Below are positions 48,260 to 60,300 of a stretch of 64,000 bases of DNA, one piece after another. Made by a program: the position numbers and the translations under genes. The notes below the pieces were generated by a model, which did not search any database, was not told the DNA's origin, and saw nothing but the letters and a program-made list of their open reading frames with translations. The stretch's first letter is position 1. Each line of letters opens with the position of its first letter. Source of the stretch: an uncultured Caldisericales bacterium (GTDB taxonomy: Bacteria; Caldisericota; Caldisericia; JAAYUI01); NCBI GenBank assembly GCA_964639885.1, contig CAZXEH010000001.1, forward strand, positions 36,893 through 100,892, given 5' to 3'.

Positions 48260-50356
48260 ATGCCTGCACAGATTTGCCTCTATGTTCTCCTCGCTTTAGC
48301 TGTTTCGGGCATTGTTTTTTCCAGACAATACAAGGTCTCAATCTGGATTGCATGGATTCAGCTTGGTTTGTCAGGCTTCATTTTTTTGTTCCTCGCAAAC
48401 GCCCTGCTCAAAGGCAGCTTTGGATACCAGTACGTTTTCCACAACTCCGAGAAGGCGCTTTCAACGATCTATAAAATATCAGCCATCTGGTCCGGCGATT
48501 CAGGATCATTGATCCTTTGGATGCTCATGGTCTCAGTGCTTGTCCTTGTTTGTGCGAGACTTGGCGAAATGTTCAGAGCAGCAACAAACACCTCATATGG
48601 ACTGCTGTTTTTCATTGTTCTGCTGGTAATCCTTGGCCAACCTTTCAAGGCTGTTGTGCCAGTTCCGATTGATGGAATGGGTCTTTCACCGCTTCTGCAA
48701 AATCCGTGGATGGTCTCTCACCCGCTGGTTGTTTTTGCCTCCTACGCACTGCTTGCGATTCCGTTTGGATTGACTGTGCAATATCTTCTCAAGCCAAGTC
48801 CACAGGTTCAGGGCGAGTGGCGGAAAAATATTTTGCAATGGGTTCTTGGATCATGGTTTTTTCTTGGTCTCGGGATACTCCTTGGCGCCATCTGGGCTTA
48901 TGATACGCTTGGCTGGGGCGGTTACTGGGGTTGGGATCCTGTTGAAAACTCGTCGCTTGTGCCCTGGCTTCTGCTGACTGTTTCCGTTCACGCACTGCTC
49001 ATCGACGAAGGCACAAACAACGGATCAAAGGCTGCAGCTTCAAGCATCCTCGCCTCTTTCCTGACCATGATTGCAGCGGTTTTCATCACAAGGTCAGGCG
49101 CACTATCTGAGATGTCGGTGCACACTTTTTCAGGCTCAGACCTGGCTTTCTGGATCATCCTCGCCGGTTTTGCCGTTGCGCTTGGTTTCTCGGTTTTCTC
49201 GATGATCAAGGGCTGGAAGCTGACACCAAACACTGACCAGGCCGACTGGACATCAAAACCGTTCACAATCGGCATCGCAAATATTGCGACAACCGTTTTT
49301 GCCATAGCTGTACTGGTTGGGACTTTCCTGCCGATGTTTGGCGGACAGTCGCTGAGCAGGATTTACTATCAGACCGTTATGGTTCCGGTGGCGTCAATAA
49401 TGCTGCTTGGTGCTGGTATTGCACCGATGCAGGCCTGGAAGGCGACCGGATTGAAGCAATTGGTCAGGAAAATGATTCTTCCTCTGATGATTGCAGCCGG
49501 AACAATCCTGACCTTCCCGCAAAACGGCGATTGGTTGATGCTTATCGTCGGACTTTTTGCCTGTTTGGTTGTTGGCACAAATATCGTTGCGATGGCCAGC
49601 GTATCTATCAAAAAATGGGGCTCATACCTTTCACACATCGGGCTTGGTCTGCTTGCTGCCGGAATCCTGGTTTCATCAATTGTTCAAGACACAAAGATTT
49701 TGCCGATGACCAGAGGTGTGCAGCAGGACTTCTTTGGTTTTGCCACAAAAATAACCAGCTTTGCTGAGAGTCAGTCCGGCGATACATTTTCAGCCCAATA
49801 TGAGATGAATTATAAAAACGAGAAAATAATCGGAACTGTAAGTGGCAAGTGGGATAGAAAAGCCTCGCAGTGGATTATGGAGCCGTCGATAAACAGATCG
49901 GTTCAAAGAGACGTTATTTTCGTGGTCTCGAACATGTCTGAAGGACAGATATTCGACATGAGGGAAGCCAAGATATCAGAGCGCAATGGCTATAAGCTGG
50001 AAGTTGTCGCAATTGACGAAAAGCAGGCTGAGGTCTGGATAACGGATGGCAAGGAGAAGATGCACCTTGTTGCTCCATACGATGAAGAGAACCCTAAACC
50101 GGTGACGATTTCTCCTAATCTTGAGGTCATGTATCGGGGTGATGGCACCTTTTACTTGAAAGATATTCGTGATGATCGTCCAGGAACATTGAAATTCTCG
50201 GTTTCGGTTTCGATCAGGTATTGGACTTTCTTCCTCTGGCTCGGAGGTTTGGTTTTATTGGCTGGTATTCTCTGGGCCTTGTTTTTCAGAATCTTCAAGC
50301 CAAAAAGGCTTGCCCTCATTGGTGCCGTGAAGGTTGAGGCCGTTCAGACATGGTAA
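48260..50356 (+). CDS. ccmF: cytochrome c-type biogenesis protein CcmF (698 aa, extended C-terminus)
   Basis: WWD domain (YDTLGWGGYWGWDPVEN). Multi-TM. Roughly 130-aa soluble C-terminal extension. Confidence 0.8.
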   Translation: MPAQICLYVLLALAVSGIVFSRQYKVSIWIAWIQLGLSGFIFLFLANALLKGSFGYQYVFHNSEKALSTIYKISAIWSGDSGSLILWMLMVSVLVLVCARLGEMFRAATNTSYGLLFFIVLLVILGQPFKAVVPVPIDGMGLSPLLQNPWMVSHPLVVFASYALLAIPFGLTVQYLLKPSPQVQGEWRKNILQWVLGSWFFLGLGILLGAIWAYDTLGWGGYWGWDPVENSSLVPWLLLTVSVHALLIDEGTNNGSKAAASSILASFLTMIAAVFITRSGALSEMSVHTFSGSDLAFWIILAGFAVALGFSVFSMIKGWKLTPNTDQADWTSKPFTIGIANIATTVFAIAVLVGTFLPMFGGQSLSRIYYQTVMVPVASIMLLGAGIAPMQAWKATGLKQLVRKMILPLMIAAGTILTFPQNGDWLMLIVGLFACLVVGTNIVAMASVSIKKWGSYLSHIGLGLLAAGILVSSIVQDTKILPMTRGVQQDFFGFATKITSFAESQSGDTFSAQYEMNYKNEKIIGTVSGKWDRKASQWIMEPSINRSVQRDVIFVVSNMSEGQIFDMREAKISERNGYKLEVVAIDEKQAEVWITDGKEKMHLVAPYDEENPKPVTISPNLEVMYRGDGTFYLKDIRDDRPGTLKFSVSVSIRYWTFFLWLGGLVLLAGILWALFFRIFKPKRLALIGAVKVEAVQTW

Positions 50357-51939
50357 ACCGGCTGGTTGCCTTGTTTGTGTGCCTTGCCGTCGGTGTTTCG
50401 GCATTCCCATACAATAAGGAAAAGGCAACTCCAGTTGACTGCAATGTGAAAGTATCCGTTTCCAACGTTTATGATCAGCCAATAGTTGTTGCAAATGATC
50501 ATTTCGAACAATTTCTCGATGAAACCAAAACAAAATTCCTGAAAGCCAAGGTCACCGTCATCACTCAGTCGATGTCTAATGGCGACGTGCTTATCAGGTA
50601 CATACAGGATCAAAATAGCGAGAGGTCATACATCGATCTCGATTTTGCAGTAAAAAATCCAACAGGCAGTGTCAATGTCTGGAGGCACCAGCCATACGTT
50701 GACCGTTCCGAATATGCTGCCGATCCAATCAAGTCCTTTTACCAGCGCGAAACAGTTACCGGTTCATCTGTCCAGCTGACAGAAGGCCCGACCCTGGTTG
50801 AGCTTGGAATTGACATGCCGTCGGTTTTTATCTGCCGTCCCGGGCGATTTACCCCACAGGGAATCGGTCTAATCAGGTATGCGAATTCAATCCAGCTTTC
50901 AATGGTCATTTTCAGACCGAACCTTATAAAGATAAGGCTTTACCTTGAACCAACCGCCGATGAGTTTGAGGATGGATTTGTGATTGTCTCAAATTCTAGG
51001 CTCCTCGATCTTGATAACAAGCGTAACCACATGTTCCTTGTTGCGCACGATTTCTGGCGTGTAAAGCCTTTGCTTTCCGACAGCTGGTGGTATTCTTCCC
51101 AGCAAGGTGTATATGAGGGGGCAATTCAAGATTGTTATTACCCCAACCCGGGTTTTTATCCTTCAAGGTCGATGCTCATGTGGTACTGTCAGCTTGACAA
51201 CAGGCTTTTCTACGACATTGTTTTGACAACCATGAAAATGGCCTGTGACAGGGTGACACCGGAAGGTTTTGCAAGAATGCCGATCAAGCCGGTTCATTTC
51301 TCGTCAATCTACGGCTACTTCAAGGATTATGTGGACACGAGGTTTTCAACAGATGGAGCCAGGTTTTTGATCAAATGTGCAAAGCTCCTTGATTGTAAAA
51401 AAGCAAGAGACGCAGCCGGAAAACTTGCACAGTTCTATCTTGAAAACCTTGACCAAGCCTCAACAAAAATTGGAAATGGTTTGCTTATCAGCGACTACAT
51501 CTTCGACAGTCCTCCGTCGCAGCCTGTCCATGTTTCGCTCAACCACTCGCTTTGTATTGTCAATTACCTGCTCGAGTATGAAGAACTATTCGGTTATTCG
51601 GAATACTCGGAGCTTGCCGATAAAATTTTGACAGCCATCGACGAAACTTCGTCCCGATGGATAAGGGTGAATGGCGACCTCTGGTATGCCTACTATCCGG
51701 CGACCGACACCTTTGATACCGACGATTATGAGCTTTTAACCTACAACGATCTTCAAGAAACCCAGTGGTTGCTTGAGAAAGTCAGGAGAAAATCTGCAAT
51801 TGCAATCCAGACGCTGTTCCAGAGCAAGCAGGCATACCTTGAGGAAAAGTCAATACTTCGGAAGAGACAGAACGCAAACACGCCGGCCGTGCCTATCATT
51901 TCAACGGACGGTCACAACATATCTTCCATTTCAGAATAA
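50350..51939 (+). CDS. hypothetical secreted protein
   Basis: Signal peptide (LVALFVCLAVGVSAFPYN). 529 aa. Start overlaps the ccmF stop. Confidence 0.4.
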   Translation: MVNRLVALFVCLAVGVSAFPYNKEKATPVDCNVKVSVSNVYDQPIVVANDHFEQFLDETKTKFLKAKVTVITQSMSNGDVLIRYIQDQNSERSYIDLDFAVKNPTGSVNVWRHQPYVDRSEYAADPIKSFYQRETVTGSSVQLTEGPTLVELGIDMPSVFICRPGRFTPQGIGLIRYANSIQLSMVIFRPNLIKIRLYLEPTADEFEDGFVIVSNSRLLDLDNKRNHMFLVAHDFWRVKPLLSDSWWYSSQQGVYEGAIQDCYYPNPGFYPSRSMLMWYCQLDNRLFYDIVLTTMKMACDRVTPEGFARMPIKPVHFSSIYGYFKDYVDTRFSTDGARFLIKCAKLLDCKKARDAAGKLAQFYLENLDQASTKIGNGLLISDYIFDSPPSQPVHVSLNHSLCIVNYLLEYEELFGYSEYSELADKILTAIDETSSRWIRVNGDLWYAYYPATDTFDTDDYELLTYNDLQETQWLLEKVRRKSAIAIQTLFQSKQAYLEEKSILRKRQNANTPAVPIISTDGHNISSISE

Positions 51940-51960
51940 TCTGTGGTATGATCACTTAAA

Positions 51961-52560
51961 ATGGAGAAAAGAACTGAGACTGCATTCAAAATCGACAGTG
52001 AGGGCAACCAGGTCGAGAAGCATGTCTTTGGCTGGCCCGGTCACGGCCTGTACGTTCCACAGAACGATTCGTGGGTTTTTGCCAGCCCTCAAATCGAAGA
52101 CCCTCAGAGAATCTACAGCTATGCCGGCGGAACCGTGCTTTTGCCGTGGAAATTCGATGGCGACAAGTGGATTCCTGACACCGCCCTTTCAATTATCAGT
52201 GGCGGTGTTGTGGCTGATCCAAAGGTCATCGACGGAAATCCAAAAGAATCAATCAGGGTTATCGGCCATCACGGAAACGCCATTCTCGTTATCGGCTGGC
52301 CGGACTCCGGCGATTTCACAATCTACATTTTCGACTGGCTTGGTCGACTGCTTACAACTGGCATACATGCCTGGAGCCTCGGAAGCGACCCGCCATATCC
52401 GTTCTGCACAAACATCAGCAGACCTGTTTTCAAGGATTTTCCAAAGGGTGTTGAGCTTGTCATTACAAAGGGCAACAAGATCAAAACCTCGATAACGGTT
52501 GCGCTTCCATCAACAAAGAATCCGTCAGAGAACATCCCGCTGCTTGTGTTTTCGATGTAA
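51961..52560 (+). CDS. hypothetical protein
   Basis: 199-aa ORF. No family recognised. Confidence 0.4.
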   Translation: MEKRTETAFKIDSEGNQVEKHVFGWPGHGLYVPQNDSWVFASPQIEDPQRIYSYAGGTVLLPWKFDGDKWIPDTALSIISGGVVADPKVIDGNPKESIRVIGHHGNAILVIGWPDSGDFTIYIFDWLGRLLTTGIHAWSLGSDPPYPFCTNISRPVFKDFPKGVELVITKGNKIKTSITVALPSTKNPSENIPLLVFSM

Positions 52561-52668
52561 ATTAATTAGTACGGATTCAAAATAAACAACAAGTTTAATT
52601 TACGATATTATTAGTAATCTGATATTTTGAAATTGATGTCGATTTTTTTATTGGCGTGCTATTGAAAG

Positions 52669-53508
52669 CTACAGGCTTCGGTAATACTCCTGCATCCTGA
52701 GAGCGTCCTGTTCAAGGATCGGGCTTTCACAGATGATCGTTCCGGAGCAGTCGAAGGCTTTGAAAGCCTTGAAAAGCTCGCGCCACTTTATATCCGACTC
52801 CTCAAGAGGCAGGTGTTTCCTTTCGCCCTTTGCCGTGTATTCGATTCCGGACATGTGTACGTGTAAATCTTGTAAACCGTCGTCACCAAGGGCTTTATGT
52901 GTGGTTTCAAGAACCTGGCAGAATTCGTCATAAGAGTTGAATTTTCCGCCGCTTCTTGCATGAAGGTGGGCAAAATCGATGGTCGGTCTTGTGTTTGGCA
53001 GCTCCTTGCTGAGCCTGAGTATCTCTTCAAGCGAACCATATTGAGTGCCTTTGCCGGTTGTTTCCGGTCTCAGAATTACGTTTGTTATCTTTTCTGATTC
53101 AAGCTGATCTAGAATTATTCTGAGGCTCTCGACAACAAGCCTGTGAGTTTCCTCTGGTGAGAGCGACTGATAGAACGCAGGATGGAAAACAACATTGCGT
53201 CCACCTGCTTTCCCCAGGCACCAGCACGCCTTGTAGATTCTCTCGCGTGATTTCTCGATAACGTCTTTTTCACCGGCAAGGTTGATGTAGTACGAACCGT
53301 GGGCGGAGAGGATTACTTTCGGTTCCTTGTTGGATTCGTCGAGAGCGTCTGTGAGTGACTTGACGTTTGACATCGGCGGTGAACCCTGTACCCACTCAAG
53401 CTCGAGCGCACCGAGGCCAAGTTCGCGAACTCTTTTTATTGCGCCTGTTTTGTGCGGTTCGGTCGTTGAAAGCGGTGTTCCGCCCGTGCCAAAGATCAGT
53501 CCCTTCAT
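52669..53508 (-). CDS. TIM-barrel AP endonuclease family 2 / endonuclease IV-like (xylose-isomerase-like fold)
   Basis: Metal-binding His/Asp/Glu pattern (HGSYYINLA...VVFHPAF...IDFAHLHARSG...ICESP) as in the Nfo family. Confidence 0.55.
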   Translation of the reverse strand: MKGLIFGTGGTPLSTTEPHKTGAIKRVRELGLGALELEWVQGSPPMSNVKSLTDALDESNKEPKVILSAHGSYYINLAGEKDVIEKSRERIYKACWCLGKAGGRNVVFHPAFYQSLSPEETHRLVVESLRIILDQLESEKITNVILRPETTGKGTQYGSLEEILRLSKELPNTRPTIDFAHLHARSGGKFNSYDEFCQVLETTHKALGDDGLQDLHVHMSGIEYTAKGERKHLPLEESDIKWRELFKAFKAFDCSGTIICESPILEQDALRMQEYYRSL

Positions 53509-54593
53509 CTCTTCTTTTTCAACCCCGAAAGCTCTTCGAGAGCCGTTTTTTCTTTTGATGTGAGTTTTTTTGGAATCTCAACCCTGAAGGTTATGACGTG
53601 GTCGCCTTTTCTTGAGCTGTTGAGCACTGGCATGCCTTTTCCCTTCAGAACCAGTGTGTCGCCGGGTTGGGTTCCTGATTTGACCGCTATTTTTTCCTTG
53701 CCGTCGATTGTGAATATTGAAATGTCGGCCCCAAGCGCTGCCTCGTACATTGAGATGGTTACGGAACTGTGGAGTTCAGGGCCTTCGCGCTCGAAAACCT
53801 TGTGATCCTTTATGTGCACGACAACGTAGAGGTCACCGGTTGAACCGCCGTGTTTTCCGGCGTCTCCCTGACCCCTGACCCTCACGCGCATTCCGTCTTC
53901 AATGCCGGCTGGGATGTCAACTTCGATGTGATGGGTGCTTTTGACGACTGTTTGACCCATGCACTTTGGACATTTGTCTTTGACATAGGTTCCCTGGCCA
54001 TGACATTCCGGGCAGGTCTGGGCAGTCTGGAAAGTTCCAAAAATTGTTGACTGCGTTCTTTTTACCGTGCCCTTGCCGTTACAGATGACGCATTTTGTCG
54101 GTTTTGTTCCAGGAGCAGCGCCTGTCCCGCCACAATCCGGGCATTTGTCATACCTTGGAATCTCAAGAACAACCTTTTTGCCTGAGAACGCTTCCTCAAG
54201 GGTGATTGAAACCTCAGCCCTGAGATCGGCGCCTTCATTGTTTGTGGTCTGGGTTCTGGTTCTTCCGCCGCCACCGCCGAAGAAGGTTTCAAAGACATCG
54301 CCGAAAGAGCCGAAATCGTCTGTGAAATTTACTCCTCCGCCAGGGTAACCGCCGTATCCGCCGCTTGCGCCCGGTGGTGGGACAGAACCGAACTGGTCGT
54401 ACTGAGCCTTCTTTTCCTTGTTGGAAAGGACAGAGTAGGCTTCATTGATCTCAGCCATCTTCTTTTCGGCATCTTCTGCCTTGTTTGTGTCTGGATGGTA
54501 CTGCCTGACCAGCTTCCTGTATGAGCTTTTTATCTCGTCTTCAGAGGCACCCCTGGAAACACCAAGAATGTCGTAATAATCTTTTCCTGCCAT
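53505..54593 (-). CDS. dnaJ: molecular chaperone DnaJ
   Basis: J-domain with HPD (YHPDTN). G/F-rich region. Four CxxCxGxG zinc-finger repeats. Confidence 0.95.
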   Translation of the reverse strand: MAGKDYYDILGVSRGASEDEIKSSYRKLVRQYHPDTNKAEDAEKKMAEINEAYSVLSNKEKKAQYDQFGSVPPPGASGGYGGYPGGGVNFTDDFGSFGDVFETFFGGGGGRTRTQTTNNEGADLRAEVSITLEEAFSGKKVVLEIPRYDKCPDCGGTGAAPGTKPTKCVICNGKGTVKRTQSTIFGTFQTAQTCPECHGQGTYVKDKCPKCMGQTVVKSTHHIEVDIPAGIEDGMRVRVRGQGDAGKHGGSTGDLYVVVHIKDHKVFEREGPELHSSVTISMYEAALGADISIFTIDGKEKIAVKSGTQPGDTLVLKGKGMPVLNSSRKGDHVITFRVEIPKKLTSKEKTALEELSGLKKKR

Positions 54594-54660
54594 CACACCC
54601 ATTTTGGTCAATCATGCCTTCAAGTCAAGGAGGCAGGCGAACCTGCCTCCTGTTTTTTGT

Positions 54661-56514
54661 TTAGTCTCTTGCTCTGCCTTCGCCGTCAACTGTTGGGCCT
54701 TCACCGTTTGGAGGCGGCGTCTGCTGCCCCTGATCCTGCGGCTGTTCCTGTGTTGGTGGAGTCTGCTGGTTCTTGTACATTTCCTGTCCAAGCTCCGAGA
54801 GCACCTTTTCAAGCTCGTTGAGCTTGGATTCGATGCCGTCGGTTTTGTCTTCCCTGACAAGCTGGTCAACTTCGTCGGCAAGCGTGGTCACAGCTGATAT
54901 CTTTGCCTCATCAACCTTGCCTTTTGCGTCTGTTGCTGATTTCCTTGCAGAGTAGACGAGCGTGTCAGCCTTGTTCTTGAGTTCGACCTTTTCACGCCTT
55001 GCCTTGTCAGCGTTTGCGTACATCTCGGCTTCACGTTTCATCTTCTCGATTGCGTCCTTGTCGAGCTTGTTTGCGTTCTCGATCCTTATGGACTGGCGCT
55101 TGCCGGTTGCCTTGTCGACTGCTGAAACATTCACGATTCCGTTGCTGTCGATCTCGTATGTGACTTCAACCTGCGGAACTCCCCTTGGTGCTGGCGGGAT
55201 TCCGTCCAGGATGAACTTTCCAAGGCTCAGGTTGTCCTGCGCCATCGGTCTTTCACCCTGGAGCACGTTGATTTCGACTGACGGCTGGTTGTCGGATGCG
55301 GTTGAGAAAATCTGGGTCTGCTTGGTTGGGACAGGAGTGTTTCTCTCGATCATCTTTGTCAGGACTCCACCCATGGTCTCGATTCCGAGTGTGAGTGGCG
55401 TAACATCGACGAGGACAACATCCTTGACGTCACCGGCGAGAACGGCTCCCTGAATGGCTGCGCCCATTGCGACGCATTCCATCGGGTCTATTCCGCGTTC
55501 AACCTGCTTGCCCATGTAGTCTTCTACGAACTTGAGAACCATCGGCATTCTGGTTGGTCCGCCGACCATGATGATCTTGTCGATCTGGTTTGGTGAAAGT
55601 CCAGCGTCCTTGATGGCTCTTTCAAGTGGACCCCTGCAACGGTCGATGATCGGCTTTATGAGCGTTTCGAGCTTGGAACGCGTAATTGTGAGGGTGAGGT
55701 GCTTCGGAGCTCCGCTGCTGTCCTGTGCTATGAACGGGAGGTTTATCTGGGTCTCGAGGGTGGTTGAAAGCTCGATCTTTGCCTTCTCTGCAGCTTCCTT
55801 GAGCCTGAACGAGGCGTCCTTGTTGCCTCTCAGGTCAATGCCGGTCTCCCTTGAGAATTCACTTGTGATGTAATCGATGAGAACGTTGTCCATGTCAGTT
55901 CCGCCAAGCTGTGTGTCGCCTGATGTCGAACGAACCTCGAAGACTCCGTGGCCAAAATCCATGATTGTTACGTCGAGTGTGCCACCGCCAAGGTCAAAGA
56001 CCATGATTTTCATGTCCTGGCCAGTTTTGTCCACACCGAAGGCAAGGGCAGCAGCTGTCGGTTCATTGACTAGTCTTACGACCTCAAGACCTGCAATTGA
56101 TCCTGCATCTTTTGTGGCCTGTCTCTGGTCATCGTTGAAATATGCTGGCACTGTGATGACGGCTTTGCTAACCGGTTCACCGAGGTAGGCCTCTGCGTCC
56201 CTTTTGATCTTCTGGAGGATGTACGAGGAAATCTGCTGCGGTGTGTATGTTTTGCCGAACAGGCTGACAGTCGTGTTCTGACCCATCTTCCTTTTGATTG
56301 CTGTGATCGTGTTTTCTGGGTTGAGGGCAGCCTGTCTCCTTGCCGGTTCACCAACCAGGAGCTGTCCGTCCTTTGTCATGGCCACGTATGACGGTGTGGT
56401 CTTTCCGCCGATTGAAACACCTTCGGCTGCAGGGACGATTGTCGGTTTTCCGCCGATCAGCACCGCCGCCGCACTGTTGCTTGTTCCAAGGTCAATTCCT
56501 ATAATTTTACTCAT
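54661..56514 (-). CDS. dnaK: molecular chaperone DnaK (Hsp70)
   Basis: [13 protein letters not shown]; [11 protein letters not shown]; canonical Hsp70 throughout. Confidence 0.97.
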   Translation of the reverse strand: MSKIIGIDLGTSNSAAAVLIGGKPTIVPAAEGVSIGGKTTPSYVAMTKDGQLLVGEPARRQAALNPENTITAIKRKMGQNTTVSLFGKTYTPQQISSYILQKIKRDAEAYLGEPVSKAVITVPAYFNDDQRQATKDAGSIAGLEVVRLVNEPTAAALAFGVDKTGQDMKIMVFDLGGGTLDVTIMDFGHGVFEVRSTSGDTQLGGTDMDNVLIDYITSEFSRETGIDLRGNKDASFRLKEAAEKAKIELSTTLETQINLPFIAQDSSGAPKHLTLTITRSKLETLIKPIIDRCRGPLERAIKDAGLSPNQIDKIIMVGGPTRMPMVLKFVEDYMGKQVERGIDPMECVAMGAAIQGAVLAGDVKDVVLVDVTPLTLGIETMGGVLTKMIERNTPVPTKQTQIFSTASDNQPSVEINVLQGERPMAQDNLSLGKFILDGIPPAPRGVPQVEVTYEIDSNGIVNVSAVDKATGKRQSIRIENANKLDKDAIEKMKREAEMYANADKARREKVELKNKADTLVYSARKSATDAKGKVDEAKISAVTTLADEVDQLVREDKTDGIESKLNELEKVLSELGQEMYKNQQTPPTQEQPQDQGQQTPPPNGEGPTVDGEGRARD

Positions 56515-57032
56515 TTTTCTTCCTCCGTTGCTGCCTTCTGGCAAACCGAACATACTACCATCGCAGGCCTTATCAGCTCGTCACCGATGGCGTAACCCTT
56601 TCTGACAACCTTGCACACTGTTCCTGTCGGCTGATCCGACGGTTCCTGACCTGCAAGCTCACACGAGTGTGGATCAAACATCGATCCGGTCGGGTCAACT
56701 TCAACGAGGCCAATCTGCTCCAAGGCTTTCTTGAGGCTGTTCATGATGAACTCCACCGAGGAGCGGTTGGAATCGTCACCAAGCATTGAATAGGCTCTTT
56801 CAAGGTCGTCGGCAACCGGCAGAAGGAATCTTGCGATTTCCTTCCTGGTCTTTGCATCCTGCTGCGACTTCTCGCGTTCTGCGATGCGCTGCAGTCTGGT
56901 GTTGTCGCTGACCTGGTTGTAGAGGCTGGTTCTAAGCCTGGCAACTTCTTCCTCAAGCTCGGACACTTTTGCTGTGAGATCGTTTTCCATTTCCGGGGTT
57001 GCTGGTGCGTTGTTCTCAGTGTCGTCGTTCAT
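56511..57032 (-). CDS. grpE: nucleotide exchange factor GrpE
   Basis: GrpE C-terminal region ([10 protein letters not shown]...[21 protein letters not shown]). Start taken at MNDDTENN. Overlaps the dnaK start. Confidence 0.85.
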   Translation of the reverse strand: MNDDTENNAPATPEMENDLTAKVSELEEEVARLRTSLYNQVSDNTRLQRIAEREKSQQDAKTRKEIARFLLPVADDLERAYSMLGDDSNRSSVEFIMNSLKKALEQIGLVEVDPTGSMFDPHSCELAGQEPSDQPTGTVCKVVRKGYAIGDELIRPAMVVCSVCQKAATEEEK

Positions 57033-57084
57033 CTCTGCCTTCTTTGCATTTTTTGGCAGTCTCACCTTCTGACTGCTAAATCGT

Positions 57085-57112
57085 ATTTTAGGGAAGCACA
57101 TTTTTTTGTCAA
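57085..57112 (-). promoter_or_regulatory. putative sigma70 promoter of grpE–dnaK–dnaJ
   Basis: On the − strand: TTGACA, a 16-nt spacer, then TAAAAT. No CIRCE element recognised. Confidence 0.4.
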
Positions 57113-57170
57113 CTCCCTTCCTTTTACCTTGACACCGCAAGGTGTGTCCATAAAATTATCTGTGCCGTGC

Positions 57171-57248
57171 GGTGGATGTAGCTCAGTTGGTTAGAGCGCC
57201 AGTCTGTGGAACTGGAGGCCGGGGGTTCAAATCCCCTCATCCACCCCA
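57171..57248 (+). tRNA. tRNA-His (anticodon GTG) with encoded G-1 and 3' CCA
   Basis: G-1 + GTGGATG acceptor stem pairing with CATCCAC. Discriminator C. D-arm GCTCAGTTGGTTAGAGC. Anticodon loop CTGTGGA. T-arm GGGGGTTCAAATCCCCT. CCA encoded. Confidence 0.85.
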
Positions 57249-57326
57249 TCCATTATATCAAAACCCCAGTTTTTATAAAACCTGTTCCTATTGCCATCAG
57301 GCCTTTTAATGCTATTATTGAACAAA

Positions 57327-60300
57327 ATGAACGTTGCCGGCAGATATGAACTGATCGAAAAGATTGGCGAGGGGGGAATGGGCGAGGTTCACATGGCCCT
57401 CGACCTACAAACGGGAGAAGTTGTAGCTGTCAAGATTTCCAACATGTGGCAAGCCAGGGATCGCGAAGCGATGAATGAAAGGTTTGCCAGGGAAATAGAA
57501 ATCCTTTCCAGAATAAACCATAAAAACATTGTCAGATTCAAGGATTCCGGTTCAGGTGATGATTACATGTTTTATGTCATGGAATTCATACCTGGCCAGC
57601 CTATTTCAAGGATCGGCGACTATCTCAAATCCACAAGGCACATCATCCAGATTGCCGAGGCACTGGACGAAATCCACAGTAAGGGCATCATCCATCGGGA
57701 CTTGAAACCATCGAACATTTTGGTCACGGAGGGTGAAATAAAGCTGCTAGATTTTGGAATTGCCCATATCACCGAGCGATCGGCAATGATGACAAAGGTT
57801 GGAACTTTTATTGGAACAGCCGAGTACATGTCACCCGAACAGGTCATGTGTTCAGGACTGGATGAACGTTCTGACATCTACTCGCTTGGAACGGTGCTTT
57901 ACGAGGTTCTCACCGGAAGGCCACCTTTTGTTGCGCCTGACATCATCACCCTCATCCACAAAGTGATTCAGGAAAGACCGATTCCGCCTACGCAAATTGA
58001 CAATGCAATCCCGCAGGGACTGGAGCTAATCTGTCTGAAGATGCTTGAGAAAAGGTCGGAAAGACGATACCAGACTGCAAGAGAACTGATCTCTGACCTG
58101 GTGCAGTTCGTGGAGGGTGTGGTTCCGTCTCAGAAACTGTCTTTCAATTATCTCAGCAGAGAGTCACCATTCATTGGCAGGAAGGATATTTTTGCAGCCT
58201 TTTCCGAGTTGATTGCCAATGTTGTCAATGGTTTGGGTCAGTCGCTCGAGCTGGTCGGAGGAATCGGATCAGGCAAGACAAGGACACTGGCTGAACTTCA
58301 ATCGCTGTCGCTCTCGAGGTATGTAAGGTTTCTTGTCTGTGACAACAACATCGTTGAACCTGGATCGCTCTCGATTACATCACTGCTTGATTCGCTTTCA
58401 GATTATGAGATCAATGTCGAGCCGGAGTTTGTCCTGGCGCATGCCCAGCTCATCCGCTCCCTGTCAGAAAAACTTGCCAGCAGACTTAATCTTCCACCTG
58501 ACGCCCAATCGCAGAATGAAGGAAACCAGGCGCCATACATCATAGCAGACCTCCTCCTGAAGGCTTTCCCGGGGATACCGGTGGTTTACGCATTTGACAG
58601 CAACATTGATCCATTCACCCAGAAGGTTGTTGAGATTCTTGTCGGTTCGGCCGAGTTCTCCAGAGTGCTTGTCGTCAGTGCCGTCAACTTGCACCAGAGT
58701 CTCGAGTTCACTAAATCTTTTGAGCTGAAACCTTTGACAAGCGAGGAAATGTCTCAGCTAGCAGAGAGAATTCTTGGCCGATCAATCAGTGGCGAAGAAC
58801 TGGCTTCGCTTTCTTCACGAACAGGCGGCAATCCGCAGTTTGCCTTTGAGCTGATCAGAGAGTCGAGGGACGCAAGAAAGACCATAACTTTAACCTCACT
58901 GCCCGAATCACTCTCAGATCTTCTTGGCAGGAAGATTTCCGAGATCAGTGAGGATTCAAGGAAAATCCTGTCCAAACTTTCGCTGCTTTCAACGCCAATG
59001 CCGATATATGAGCTCCAGGTTTTGCTCGGTATTGAAGAAGTCAAGCTGAGGATGTCATTGCAGGATTTGTTTGGTGAGGGACTCATTGTTGAAAGATTAG
59101 CCGGTTCAGAATTTGTTGTGGAAATCAGCTCCGGCGCGCTTGCTGAAGTCATCTGCGGCATGATTCCCGAAACAATCCTGCCAGGACTTCATTTAGAAAT
59201 TGCCTTTGCCCTTGAGCTGCTAAATCCTGGCAAGTATGCGTTCGTCATAGGTTCGCACTATTTTGAGGCCGGAGACGCAGAAAAAGGCTCGAAATACATG
59301 CTTGAAGCGCTGAAAGAATCATACGGACACCAGCAAAACAGAAAGGCCGAACTCTGTTCATCAATTCTCATGCCTCACCTTGATGAGATCAGGGACGACA
59401 CGCTCAGATACAACTGTTATTATTTCAGCACAAGAAGCCTTGTCAGTGCAGGTAAACTTACCGAATCGGCAAGTTTGATTCTGAAATTTTCGGAATCACT
59501 GTCGAAGATGAAGGCGACCAATGAGATGTGGATGAACTTCCATATCTGCGAAATGGCACTGTATCTTGGCATGAGGAACATCGAAAAACAGCTCAAGGCT
59601 GCAATGGAGGCCCTCAAAAGGTTTGACCGGACGATTCCAAACGGGTTGAGATCGACTGTTTACTACTACATTGCTTCGGCCTACATCAACCTTAGCCAGC
59701 CTGAAAAAGGTGTTCCGTTTGCAAAAAAGGCTATCGAACTTGCACAAACTTCCCAGGAACGCTTTATGGCCAGAAACATACTTTCAATCGGTTATGCAAA
59801 GCTTTCAAAGTTGGACGAGGCTATTCAGCTTCAAGAAACAATAATAAACGAAGCCCAGCGTGAGAACCAGATCAATACGGAACTGGCAGCAAGGTTCAAC
59901 CTGTCAACATTTTACACGAATCTTGGCAAAGTGGAGCAATCTAATGCACTGGTCAAAGAAGTCCTGGATAAATCGATAATACACCACTATGACATCATCA
60001 CTGCAAATTCGTATTTAAAAGTAATAATAAACAACAACGTTCTGATGAGAATCAAGGACAACAAGAACCTCATTGACGACTGCGTTCTTTTCTTCGAGAG
60101 AAAAAACCTCAAGACAAACATTGTCCATATCTACCAGCAAGGCGTACTTGTCAGCCTGCTTGAAAAGAATCATCAGAAATTTACAACAATGCTCGAAAGA
60201 CTCAAGAAGGAAGCCGTAGCAATGAAGCTTAGGGCTTACATCGTCGTTTGCGACATCCTCAAGTCAGATGAGATTGTCGAAAGAAAAGAATGGCAGGAGT

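Noticed and set aside
57033-57170. CIRCE (HrcA) operator upstream of grpE–dnaK–dnaJ.
   Set aside because: The TTAGCACTC-N9-GAGTGCTAA consensus is not present. Only a short ACACC-gcaa-GGTGT palindrome and a plausible σ70 promoter are seen.
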